A DNA stretch of 56,518 bases, from the NCBI GenBank assembly GCA_964604085.1, contig CAZRXN010000001.1:1-56518 (forward strand), written 5' to 3'. The translations under genes were made by a program, and so were the position numbers. The DNA comes from an uncultured Candidatus Saccharibacteria bacterium. Lineage in GTDB: Bacteria; Patescibacteriota; Minisyncoccia; Phycocordibacterales; UBA2100. How positions within the stretch are numbered: the first letter of the stretch is position 1; each line of letters starts with the position of its first letter. Under the pieces are notes generated by a model. That model did not search any database. It saw only the letters and a list, made by a program, of their open reading frames with translations, and was not told the DNA's origin. Below, piece by piece: positions 19,260 to 27,297 of the stretch.

Positions 19260-20117
19260 ATGGATGAAGCGCTCAAATCGATCCCTCGGGATTCTTTTCC
19301 GCCGCTCCTCAATGAAATTCCCGAGCCGCCTAAGCAGCTCTGGGTCCGCGGGACTCTCCCGGCATACGAGTGGACCTGGCTCACGATCGTTGGTTCACGT
19401 ACGGCGACGCAGTATGGACGACGCGCCGTATCGGATTTGGTGCGAAGTCTCTCCGGCGAGCGCGTCGTGATCGTGAGCGGACTCGCGTACGGAATCGATG
19501 CGTGCGCTCACGCCGCCGCACTCGAGTGCGGGCTCCCCACTGTCGCAGTCCCCGGCTCTGGACTCTCCCAAGAGGTGCTCTACCCCCGCGCGCACGTGAA
19601 GCTCGCAGAGCGGATTCTCGAAGCGGGTGGCGCACTCCTTTCCGAATTCGATCCCGAGCAGCAAGCGACTCCCTACACCTTCCCGCGGCGAAACAGGATA
19701 ATGGCCGGCCTTTCGCGCGCGACACTCGTCGTCGAGGCGAAGGAGCGATCCGGCTCCCTCATTACCGCTCGACTTGCCGCCGACTACAATCGCGATCTAC
19801 TAGTTGTGCCTGGGTCGATTTTCAGCGTCGAGAGCCGCGGAACGCACCAATTCCTTAAGCTGGGCGCGACGCCGATTACTTCGCCCGACGACCTGCGCAC
19901 TGCTCTTGGCCTTGAAGCCAACGGGGAGGCCGCAACAGATCGAAGCGATCTATCTGCGATCGAGCGGCGAGTACTCGATCTGCTTGCGGATCCCCGCTCG
20001 CGCGAGGAGATCGCCGATGCGCTCTCCCTCACGGCAGCCGAATCGAACATCCTCCTCTCTACGATGGAAATAAAGGGGTTGCTCACGGACGACCTAGGCG
20101 TTCTTCGTGCGCTCTAG
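19260..20117 (+). CDS. dprA: DNA processing protein DprA
   Basis: IVGSRTATQYG, SGLAYGIDACAHAAAL, SGSLITARLAADYNRDLLVVPG. Confidence 0.9.
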   Translation: MDEALKSIPRDSFPPLLNEIPEPPKQLWVRGTLPAYEWTWLTIVGSRTATQYGRRAVSDLVRSLSGERVVIVSGLAYGIDACAHAAALECGLPTVAVPGSGLSQEVLYPRAHVKLAERILEAGGALLSEFDPEQQATPYTFPRRNRIMAGLSRATLVVEAKERSGSLITARLAADYNRDLLVVPGSIFSVESRGTHQFLKLGATPITSPDDLRTALGLEANGEAATDRSDLSAIERRVLDLLADPRSREEIADALSLTAAESNILLSTMEIKGLLTDDLGVLRAL

Positions 20118-20248
20118 GGAGCGCATTCCCGGAGTTTTCATCTCTTTTTCTCACGATTGCACTCGCCTGCGCGCACTTTGCGGGGTTGACACATGCTATT
20201 GTTTCGGGATATCACTCCCTCCCATAGGTGCTGTGGCACCGTAATTGT

Positions 20249-22429
20249 ATGAAGCTTGTAATCGTAGAGTCTCCGGCAAAAGCGAAGACGATCGAAAAAT
20301 ATCTCGGCAACGGGTATACCGTCCGTGCATCGGTCGGCCACATTCGCGACCTGCCGAAAAGCAATAAGGATGCCGTCGACATCGAGGGCGGCTTCGTGCC
20401 GCGCTACCGCGTCGTCCCCGCGAAGCAGCAGGTTATCAATCAGCTTGCGGACGCCGCGGAAATAGCAGACGAGGTCATCCTCGCGACAGACCCCGACCGC
20501 GAAGGAGAGGCGATCGCGTGGCACCTGGCGCAGGCAATCGGGCTCAAAAAGCCCAAGCGTATCGTCTTCCATGAAATTACCGAGCATGCGGTGCGGGATG
20601 CGCTCGCGCACCCTCGCGCGATAGATGACAAGCTGCGCCGCGCGCAGGAAGCGAGGCGCGTGCTGGATCGCCTCTTCGGGTACGATCTCTCCGGCCTGAT
20701 CTGGAAGAAGGTGCGGTACGGCCTTTCCGCCGGACGGGTACAGTCCCCCGCGCTCCGCATCCTTATGGAGCGCGAGCGCGAGATACGCGCATTCGTGCCG
20801 GAGCAATTCTGGGTGTTGACGGCTCTCTTCGACACGAAAAAGGGAGAGCGCATTGTCGCCGCCTGCACAGAGGAGCCAAAGACGGAAAAGGAGGCCGAGC
20901 GCATCGTGAGCGCCGCTCAAAAGACCGATTGGCGCGTAGAAAAAGTGGATGAGAGCGAGCAGAAGCGCTCACCCCGTCCTCCCTTTACGACCTCCACGCT
21001 GCAGCAAACTGCCTCGACGCGTCTCGGATTCTCACCATCGCGCACGATGCGGATCGCGCAGAAGCTCTACGAAGGCGGGTACATCAGCTACATGCGTACC
21101 GACAGTACGAACCTCTCCAAGGAGGCACTCGGCCAGCTCGCTTCGGTCGCAAAGAGCGAGTTCGGCGACGAATATGTCTCTCCGCGCCAGTACAAGACCA
21201 AGAGTAAGTCGGCCCAGGAGGCGCACGAAGCGATTCGTCCGACCGACGCGCGGAAGCGTACCGCAGGCAACACAGACGAACAGAAGAAGCTGTATGCGTT
21301 GATACGCGCACGCGCGCTCGCAAGCCAGATGACGGAAGCACGAATCATGCGCACAACGATTACCGCAAGCGCATCGGATACGTCGATCCCGCATTTCGTC
21401 GCACGCGGCTCGCGCATACTATTTGAAGGATGGCTCAAGGCGGATCCTGCTGCCCGCGGCGAGGAATCGGAGCTCCCAAAGGCAGCGGCCGGCGATCCAC
21501 TCTCACTCGCTAATATCAGTTCGGAAGGTAAGGAAACGCAGCCGCCTGGCCGCTACACGGAAGCGGGGCTCGTAAAGGAGCTGGAGAAGCGCGGTATCGG
21601 CCGCCCGTCCACGTACGCGTCAATCATCAAGACCCTCGAGGATCGTGGCTACGTGGAGAAGCAGGGGCGAACGCTCATTCCGACAGCGACGGGAGATGTC
21701 GTTTCGAGCTTCATCGAGAATAATTTTTCCGATTACATCAGCGACACCTTCACTTCTGAAATGGAAGACGAGCTTGATGAGATCGCGGAGGGTAAGCGTG
21801 AGTATGAGAAGACACTCAAGGATTTCTACGGTCCGTTCACCAAAGCCGTCAAGAGCAAAGAGAAAATCGAGAAATTGACCAACATGGGACCCGCGCCCGA
21901 GGAATTCCCCTGCCCCGAGTGTGGCGCGCCGATGGTGTACAAGCTCTCGCGAAGCGGCCGTTTTATGAGCTGCTCGAGATTCCCCGACTGTCTGGGTGCT
22001 CGCAAGGAGGACGGGAGCATTATCGAGCCGCCCAAAGAGCTCGGCGAGCATTGCCCCGAGTGCGCCGACGGAAAGCTCATCGAGCGAGAAGGGCGTTTCG
22101 GGCGCTTTATCGCGTGCAGCAACTACCCAAAGTGCAAGTACGTCAAAAAAGACCCCGCAGAGGAGGCAAGATCGAAAACCGGCGTCACCTGCCCCGAGTG
22201 TGCAAAGGCAGGCCGTACGGGAGGTGAGATGGTGGAGCGGCGCGGACGCTTCGGCCCGTTCTTCTCATGCTCAAATTACCCCGAGTGCAAGTACGCGATC
22301 AAAGCGCGGCCGACGGGCGCTGTCTGTCCCGAGTGTGGGTCTCTCATGATGGAAGGTACTAAAACGATTCCGGAGCGCTGCTCAAACAAGGCGTGTCCGA
22401 TGCACAACCCCCACAAGCTGAAAAAATAA
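20249..22429 (+). CDS. topA: DNA topoisomerase I with four C-terminal C4 zinc ribbons
   Basis: MKLVIVESPAKAKTIEKYLG (TOPRIM), the active-site region SYMRTDS, and four CPEC...C..C repeats at the C-terminus. Confidence 0.95.
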   Translation: MKLVIVESPAKAKTIEKYLGNGYTVRASVGHIRDLPKSNKDAVDIEGGFVPRYRVVPAKQQVINQLADAAEIADEVILATDPDREGEAIAWHLAQAIGLKKPKRIVFHEITEHAVRDALAHPRAIDDKLRRAQEARRVLDRLFGYDLSGLIWKKVRYGLSAGRVQSPALRILMEREREIRAFVPEQFWVLTALFDTKKGERIVAACTEEPKTEKEAERIVSAAQKTDWRVEKVDESEQKRSPRPPFTTSTLQQTASTRLGFSPSRTMRIAQKLYEGGYISYMRTDSTNLSKEALGQLASVAKSEFGDEYVSPRQYKTKSKSAQEAHEAIRPTDARKRTAGNTDEQKKLYALIRARALASQMTEARIMRTTITASASDTSIPHFVARGSRILFEGWLKADPAARGEESELPKAAAGDPLSLANISSEGKETQPPGRYTEAGLVKELEKRGIGRPSTYASIIKTLEDRGYVEKQGRTLIPTATGDVVSSFIENNFSDYISDTFTSEMEDELDEIAEGKREYEKTLKDFYGPFTKAVKSKEKIEKLTNMGPAPEEFPCPECGAPMVYKLSRSGRFMSCSRFPDCLGARKEDGSIIEPPKELGEHCPECADGKLIEREGRFGRFIACSNYPKCKYVKKDPAEEARSKTGVTCPECAKAGRTGGEMVERRGRFGPFFSCSNYPECKYAIKARPTGAVCPECGSLMMEGTKTIPERCSNKACPMHNPHKLKK

Positions 22430-22434
22430 CGCCG

Positions 22435-22470
22435 TAGTATGTACTATAGTATATACTATGGTATATACTA
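22435..22470. repeat. three tandem 12-bp palindromic units (TAGTATGTACTA TAGTATATACTA TGGTATATACTA), locus 1
   Basis: Read directly from the sequence. The unit TAGTATATACTA equals its own reverse complement. Near-identical blocks occur at 35016 and 48361. Confidence 0.95.
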
Positions 22471-22480
22471 TTCGGCTTGC

Positions 22481-22519
22481 CCTAAAACAATCGCGCGGCG
22501 CCCAATGCGGGCGCCGCGC
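22481..22519 (-). terminator. rho-independent terminator of the Zn-ribbon gene
   Basis: 11-bp stem GCGCGGCGCCC/GGGCGCCGCGC with loop AATGC. On the minus strand it is followed by GATTGTTTTAG. Confidence 0.7.
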
Positions 22520-22532
22520 CTCACAGCCCCCT

Positions 22533-22685
22533 TTATTGCCCGGGCTCCTGCAAGAGAGTACCGCTGCAGTTAGGACAGCATGTCTCTACTGTTTGTTTCG
22601 ATCGAAGCCCGCACTTGTTGCACGCAAACCATCGCAGCGGCAATGCTGCGATGCTGCAACCGGCCGCCTTCAGCATCTCTATCAT
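22533..22685 (-). CDS. 50-aa zinc-ribbon protein (not in the ORF track)
   Basis: GGGAGG lies 5 nt upstream of the ATG. Translation: MIEMLKAAGCSIAALPLRWFACNKCGLRSKQTVETCCPNCSGTLLQEPGQ, with CxxC...CxxC. A terminator hairpin lies immediately downstream. Confidence 0.6.
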   Translation of the reverse strand: MIEMLKAAGCSIAALPLRWFACNKCGLRSKQTVETCCPNCSGTLLQEPGQ

Positions 22686-22781
22686 GCAAACCTCCCAAAA
22701 TAAAAGGCCTCAATTAGAGTAGAGTCTTTTCAGACTCGACTTCTTCAAGTATCATATGGAATTGCCTCTACGTCAACTCCT

Positions 22782-24371
22782 ATGGAACACATTCGCGAAC
22801 TTCAAGATATCCTCTCGGCCATCCAGACGAAATCGGAGGGCGAGACCGCTCTCATACAGAAGGCGTACGAATTCGCGAGGGAGGCGCACAAAAATCAGAC
22901 GCGCTACTCCGGCGATCCCTACTTTCTGCACCCGGCCGAGGTGGCATTTGAGCTCGCTGAAATGGGCGTCGATGCGCACGCCGTCGCTGCCGGCCTCTTG
23001 CACGATTGCCTCGAAGATGCGGGGGTTGCAGCTGCGGTTATTGAACGCGAGTTCGGGCCCGAAGTGCTCTCACTCGTACGTGGCGTCACCAAGCTTGGCG
23101 CGTTGCGCTATCGCGGACTTGAGCGTCACACCGAGTCGCTTCGCCGTCTATTCGCGGCGACGGCGCAGGATATCCGCGTACTGATCATCAAGCTGACGGA
23201 TCGTCTCCACAATGCGAAAACCCTTGAGCATGTCCCCGCAGAAAAGCGGCGTCGCATCGCGATCGAAACGCTTGAGATTTATGCGCCGATAGCAGACCGC
23301 CTCGGTATGAGCGTGCTCAAAATGGAGCTTGAGGATGCCGCCTTCCCCTATGCGTACCCTAAAGAGTATGAGAAAACGCGCGAGCTTCTGAAAGAGCGCA
23401 AGCGCGAAAACGAAAAGCGTCTCGAAAAGGCTGAGCATGACCTCAAGCGCATCCTCGCCGATCAGGGCATGCGTGATTTCCGTACCGAAGCCCGTGTGAA
23501 GGGCATGTACAGCCTGTTCCGAAAGCTCGAGAGGAAGCAGTGGGACATCGATGCGATTCACGACATCATGGCGCTTCGCATCATCGTCCGAACGCTCGCC
23601 GATTGCTACGCGGTGCTCGGGCTCGTGCACAAACAGTGGCGGCCGGTGCCCGGCAAGATCAAGGACTACATCGCATTCCCAAAGCCAAACGGCTATCAAT
23701 CCATCCACACTACCGTCTACACCGGCGATGGCGGCGCGCTCGAAATCCAGATTCGCACCGAAGCGATGCACCAGGAGGCACTCTACGGTATCGCGTCGCA
23801 CCTTACCTACAAGGAGCGACAGAGCGGACGCGGCGGAAGGCGCGGCAGCGGTCTGGATTGGATTCGGCAATTTCTCCCTGGTGGGGGCAGAGGTAAAGCC
23901 GCAACCGTAGCTGCCCATACGACGGCAACAGCGGAGCGCGATGTGCCGCAGTGGGTGAAGGAGCTCGCTCGCGCCGACGCCCAGGGTGAGCAATCGGAAG
24001 AGTATCTCGCGAGCTTAAAGACGGATTTCTTCAGCCATCGCGTATTCGTCTTTACACCCAAGGGCGACGTTATCGATCTGCCGCTCGCCGCGACGCCCAT
24101 CGACTTCGCGTATGCGATTCACTCCGAAGTGGCAAATAAGATGGCGGGCGCGCGGGTCAACGGCAAGATGGTGTCGATAGATAGGCCACTGCACAACGGC
24201 GACATGGTCGAGATCGTAACGAAAGCGTCCGCGAAGCCGTCGCGCAAATGGTACGACATCGCCAAAACGACGCTCGCAAAGAAGATGATCCGTGCAGCGC
24301 TTGCGAGCGACACGCCCGAGCAGGCCCCCGCCCCGAAACGCGGGAAGCAACGAGGTCAGTCTAAACGGTAA
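22782..24371 (+). CDS. RelA/SpoT-family bifunctional (p)ppGpp synthetase/hydrolase, short form
   Basis: HD domain (HPAEV...LHDCLED), synthetase domain (RIIVRT...GYQSIHT), and TGS (VFVFTPKGDVIDLP...GARVNG). Ends soon after TGS. Confidence 0.9.
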   Translation: MEHIRELQDILSAIQTKSEGETALIQKAYEFAREAHKNQTRYSGDPYFLHPAEVAFELAEMGVDAHAVAAGLLHDCLEDAGVAAAVIEREFGPEVLSLVRGVTKLGALRYRGLERHTESLRRLFAATAQDIRVLIIKLTDRLHNAKTLEHVPAEKRRRIAIETLEIYAPIADRLGMSVLKMELEDAAFPYAYPKEYEKTRELLKERKRENEKRLEKAEHDLKRILADQGMRDFRTEARVKGMYSLFRKLERKQWDIDAIHDIMALRIIVRTLADCYAVLGLVHKQWRPVPGKIKDYIAFPKPNGYQSIHTTVYTGDGGALEIQIRTEAMHQEALYGIASHLTYKERQSGRGGRRGSGLDWIRQFLPGGGRGKAATVAAHTTATAERDVPQWVKELARADAQGEQSEEYLASLKTDFFSHRVFVFTPKGDVIDLPLAATPIDFAYAIHSEVANKMAGARVNGKMVSIDRPLHNGDMVEIVTKASAKPSRKWYDIAKTTLAKKMIRAALASDTPEQAPAPKRGKQRGQSKR

Positions 24372-25356
24372 AATTACGCGCGGAGTAGAGGTCTGCGTCC
24401 TCTTTCTGCTCCTCCCTGTAGGCAGGTTCCGGCTCACTCGCCGCCCCGACGGGTCCGTCTTCAGGTACGCGCGGCTCTGCATCTTCGGACACGGCACTCT
24501 CCTGCGCATTCGCAGCGGTAGTATTCGCCTGCTCCTCCATCTGCTTGATCTGCGCAGCCAGCTTCATACACAAGTGCGCGAGGTCTTCAGAAGAAAAGAA
24601 ATCAATGAGTACCTTTCCTCCATTCTCCTTTTTTTCGATGCGTACGCGTGTCCCGAGCTGCTCCGTAAGCTGTCGTTCGAGAATGAGAAGGTCCGGCGTC
24701 AGGTCCGATTTGCGCGCTCGCTCCACGGCGATGCGCCGCGAGAGCTGCTCCGCGTCGCGCACCGTGAGGTGGCGCGTAACGATCTCCTTAAACAGCGTCT
24801 GCTGCTCCTCCGGTTTATCGATGAGCATGAGAAGGGGACGTGTGTGCCCTTCGTTTATAGATCCGCCTGCGAGCGCATCGAGCATTCCCTTTGGCAGCAT
24901 GAGGATGCGCAACGTGTTGGAGACATACTCGCGACTCTTCCCTACTTTCTTGCCTATATCTACGTGCTTCATCCCGAACTCGTCTACGAGCTGCTTGAAT
25001 GCCGTGGCCCGATCTACAGGATTGAGATCTTCGCGCTGGAGATTCTCGATAATCGCGAGCTCGAGCTTCAGGCGATCGGAATCCTCGGGCCGTCGGATCA
25101 CCACCGGCACCTGATAGACGCCTGCTTTTTTCGCTGCCCGGAGACGACGCTCACCTGCGATCAGCTCGTACTCCACGGTAATACCCTCGCCAGGCCGCTC
25201 CGTTTCCCTTTTGGTAACAGTGAGAGGATTTAATACGCCATACTGGCGGATGGATTCAGCAAGCGAATTGAGGGCCGCCTCGTCGAACGTTTTACGCGGC
25301 TGAAAGGGGTTTGGCTTAATTCGATCTACTTCCACCCAGAAGATCGAGTCGCTCAT
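24361..25356 (-). CDS. parB: ParB/Spo0J family protein with an acidic C-terminal tail
   Basis: IKPNPFQPRKTFDE and LIAGERRLRAAKKAGVYQVPVVIR (ParB box). HTH segment VDIGKKVGKSREYVSNTLRIL. Start at 25356 (AGAGG upstream), alternatives 25371 and 25383. No parA adjacent. Confidence 0.85.
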   Translation of the reverse strand: MSDSIFWVEVDRIKPNPFQPRKTFDEAALNSLAESIRQYGVLNPLTVTKRETERPGEGITVEYELIAGERRLRAAKKAGVYQVPVVIRRPEDSDRLKLELAIIENLQREDLNPVDRATAFKQLVDEFGMKHVDIGKKVGKSREYVSNTLRILMLPKGMLDALAGGSINEGHTRPLLMLIDKPEEQQTLFKEIVTRHLTVRDAEQLSRRIAVERARKSDLTPDLLILERQLTEQLGTRVRIEKKENGGKVLIDFFSSEDLAHLCMKLAAQIKQMEEQANTTAANAQESAVSEDAEPRVPEDGPVGAASEPEPAYREEQKEDADLYSARNFTV

Positions 25357-25441
25357 GTACGCCTCTTTCATAAAATCCTCCATAACAGCAGTATACCACG
25401 AGCGTTGTCTGCTGAATTGAATCCGAGTACACTCTGGTATT

Positions 25442-25522
25442 GCCGGAGTGGCGGAATGGCAGACGCGCACGACTCAAAATCGTGTCTCGCAAGAGGTGAG
25501 GGTTCAAGTCCCTCCTCCGGCA
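25442..25522 (+). tRNA. tRNA-Leu (CAA)
   Basis: Acceptor GCCGGAG/CTCCGGC, anticodon stem CACGA/TCGTG with loop CTCAAAA, long variable arm, T-arm GAGGG-TTCAAGT-CCCTC. Confidence 0.9.
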
Positions 25523-25524
25523 CC

Positions 25525-26436
25525 GTGGAATCGAAGACAAAGCTTCTTATCATCGTCGGACCCACTGCATCCGGCAAGAGCGCGCTCGCCATTCGGCTCG
25601 CGCGCCGCTTCAACGGCGAGATCATATCTGCCGACTCTCGGCAGGTGTATCGGGGCCTCAACATTGGAACGGGTAAAGTAACGAAACGGGAAATGGCCGG
25701 CATCCCCCATCATCTCCTCGATGTAGCTTCGCCGAAGCGCCGCTTCACCGCGGGCGATTTCCTGAAGTTGGCCGACGCCGCCGTACAGGAAATCGCCGCG
25801 CGCGGCAAGTTGCCAATCGTAGCGGGTGGCACCGGCTTCTACATCGACGCACTCGTAGGCAGGATGCACGTACCGAACGTGCCGCCGGATACGGCATTGC
25901 GAAAGAAACTCGGCAAGAAAACCGCCGCCGAGCTATTCGCAATGCTTAAAAAGAATGATCCTCGTCGCGCGCGAGCCATGAATACTCCAAGCGAGCGTAA
26001 CAACAAGGTACGAATCATCCGTGCTCTGGAGATCGCGAAGGGCGCCACATCCTCCCCCTTGTCCTCCCAGGAGGACTCATCTCGGTATGACGCGACGTGG
26101 ATCGGCATACGGTCGGACATGAAGGCGCTCGAGAAGAAAATTAGGGCGCGGCTCCTCGCGCGCATGAGGAGCGGCATGGTGGCGGAAGCAAAGCGTCTCC
26201 ACGAGGGCGGTCTCTCCTATAAACGCATGGAAGAGCTCGGACTCGAATATCGATCGCTGGCTCGGCATCTGCTGGGGAAAATCAGTCGCGAGGATCTGAT
26301 AGCGGAGCTCACTCGAGATATCCGTCGGTATGCGAAAAATCAGCTCGCGTACTGGAAGCGCAATCCGGAAATCAAATGGCAGAAGAGTACTGCAAGAAGT
26401 ATTACCGTCATCAGAGCAGTCTACGGCGGGCGCTGA
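25525..26436 (+). CDS. miaA: tRNA dimethylallyltransferase
   Basis: IVGPTASGKSALAIRLA (P-loop) and IISADSRQVYRGLNIGTGK. The only in-frame start after the tRNA is GTG at 25525. The ORF-track N-terminus (25405..) runs through tRNA-Leu and is rejected. Confidence 0.85.
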   Translation: MESKTKLLIIVGPTASGKSALAIRLARRFNGEIISADSRQVYRGLNIGTGKVTKREMAGIPHHLLDVASPKRRFTAGDFLKLADAAVQEIAARGKLPIVAGGTGFYIDALVGRMHVPNVPPDTALRKKLGKKTAAELFAMLKKNDPRRARAMNTPSERNNKVRIIRALEIAKGATSSPLSSQEDSSRYDATWIGIRSDMKALEKKIRARLLARMRSGMVAEAKRLHEGGLSYKRMEELGLEYRSLARHLLGKISREDLIAELTRDIRRYAKNQLAYWKRNPEIKWQKSTARSITVIRAVYGGR

Positions 26437-26497
26437 GGGAATCGAACCCCCACTAGCGGTTTTGGAGACCGCTGTTCTACCACTAAACTAAGCGCCC
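26427..26497 (-). tRNA. tRNA-Trp (CCA)
   Basis: Acceptor GGGCGCT/AGCGCCC, anticodon stem GCGGT/ACCGC with loop CTCCAAA, T-loop TTCGATT. Its 3' end overlaps the last 10 nt of miaA on the opposite strand. Confidence 0.9.
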
Positions 26498-26565
26498 TTC
26501 AGAAAAGCCCGGTGAGTGCAGGCTTCGCGAAAAGTATATCGTAAGACGTTGCAGCGGGCGAACGC

Positions 26566-26724
26566 CTATTTCTTCGCCTCCTTATGTACCGTGTGCTTAC
26601 GGCACCACTTGCAGTGCTTTTTGAGCTCGATTTTGCGCTCGACGAGCTTCTTATTCTTCCGCGACCAGTAATTGATTCGGCCGCACTCCTTACAAGCGAG
26701 CTTAATGAGTTGATCTTGAGACAT
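26566..26724 (-). CDS. rpmG: 50S ribosomal protein L33 (not in the ORF track)
   Basis: Translation: MSQDQLIKLACKECGRINYWSRKNKKLVERKIELKKHCKWCRKHTVHKEAKK. This is the L33 pattern CxxC...NY...KN...KKxCxxCxKHTxHKE. tRNA-Trp lies just downstream, as in many bacteria. Confidence 0.9.
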   Translation of the reverse strand: MSQDQLIKLACKECGRINYWSRKNKKLVERKIELKKHCKWCRKHTVHKEAKK

Positions 26725-26768
26725 TGCGCGATACTATACCCGACCCTCCGCTATGGCGCAAATTCGCG

Positions 26769-27068
26769 CTAACAGATCGTAAAGAAGCTGAAATCCCGGC
26801 CAAGCAGCGTGCTCATGAGCGTATAGACGACGAGCCATGCTCCGAGGATGATGACGAGCCCGATCACGACATTGGTAAAGATGCTGCGGGCCCGCTGCGC
26901 CTCCCCCGTCGTTACATTGCTTAGATACAGCCATCCCGCATAGGCGAACAAGAGAGCTGAAAGAATGATGACAATGAATATCCCCGTATTGAGAACGTTC
27001 TGCGCAAGCGTGGCGACGTCGCACACCGTGCAGTCCACGCCATCGCATGGGACGATCTTATCCGGCAT
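26769..27068 (-). CDS. T4SS-pilin-like (VirB2/TrbC-like, CPR type) small two-TM protein lacking a signal peptide
   Basis: MPDKIVPCDGVDCTVCDV... followed by two TM helices separated by SNVTTGEAQRARS. Matches my recollection of the Pfam T4SS_pilin pattern (VPCG..C..C, G..G....K, iG.vi.l.aW.iv). The ORF-track extension to 27446 crosses tRNA-Tyr and is rejected. Confidence 0.65.
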   Translation of the reverse strand: MPDKIVPCDGVDCTVCDVATLAQNVLNTGIFIVIILSALLFAYAGWLYLSNVTTGEAQRARSIFTNVVIGLVIILGAWLVVYTLMSTLLGRDFSFFTIC

Positions 27069-27159
27069 GTCGAAAGTATACCCCCGTCCTGCAGATTCTT
27101 CCCCGCCTATCTGTGTATGTGTTGAAGGAACGGCAAACCTGCGGCATACTGCCCCTATC

Positions 27160-27243
27160 GCGTCGGTGGCGGAGTGGTCAATCGCACGTGGCTGTAGACC
27201 ACGCGGGCTTTGCCCTACGGGGGTTCGAATCCCTCCCGGCGCA
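27160..27243 (+). tRNA. tRNA-Tyr (GTA), class II with a long variable arm
   Basis: Acceptor GCGTCGG/CCGGCGC (one G-U pair), anticodon stem CGTGG/CCACG with loop CTGTAGA, variable arm CGGGCTTTGCCCTAC, T-arm GGGGG-TTCGAAT-CCCTC, discriminator A. Confidence 0.9.
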
Positions 27244-27297
27244 CACAATGTAAAATGGCGGCCCCTGCGGTCGCCATTTTGCATTGGGAGCAGGATT
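27225..27297 (+). repeat. direct repeat copy A (tRNA-Tyr T-loop to 3' end plus downstream terminator)
   Basis: 73 nt beginning TCGAATCCCTCCCGGCGCACACAATG... It matches 27370..27442 with 4 mismatches. Confidence 0.9.
27252..27280 (+). terminator. tRNA-Tyr terminator hairpin
   Basis: AAAATGGCGGCC-CCTGC-GGTCGCCATTTT, flanked by A and T runs. A second copy lies at about 27397..27425. Confidence 0.75.

Noticed and set aside
20138-20920. 260-aa minus-strand ORF. Similar long antisense ORFs include 46585..47568, 24292..25233, 23148..23993 and 8099..8596.
   Set aside because: Each lies opposite a confidently identified gene (topA, rpsA, parB, relA/spoT, the monooxygenase) and lacks motifs or start signals.
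22435-22470. CRISPR array as an explanation for the tandem 12-mers
   Set aside because: The units are contiguous with no spacers, only three per locus, and perfectly palindromic. No cas genes are in the window.
25405-25524. N-terminal 40 codons of the miaA ORF
   Set aside because: They coincide with tRNA-Leu(CAA). The ORFs 13580..13789 and 36191..36469 are likewise rejected because they are just tRNA-Gln and tRNA-Leu regions read in frame.
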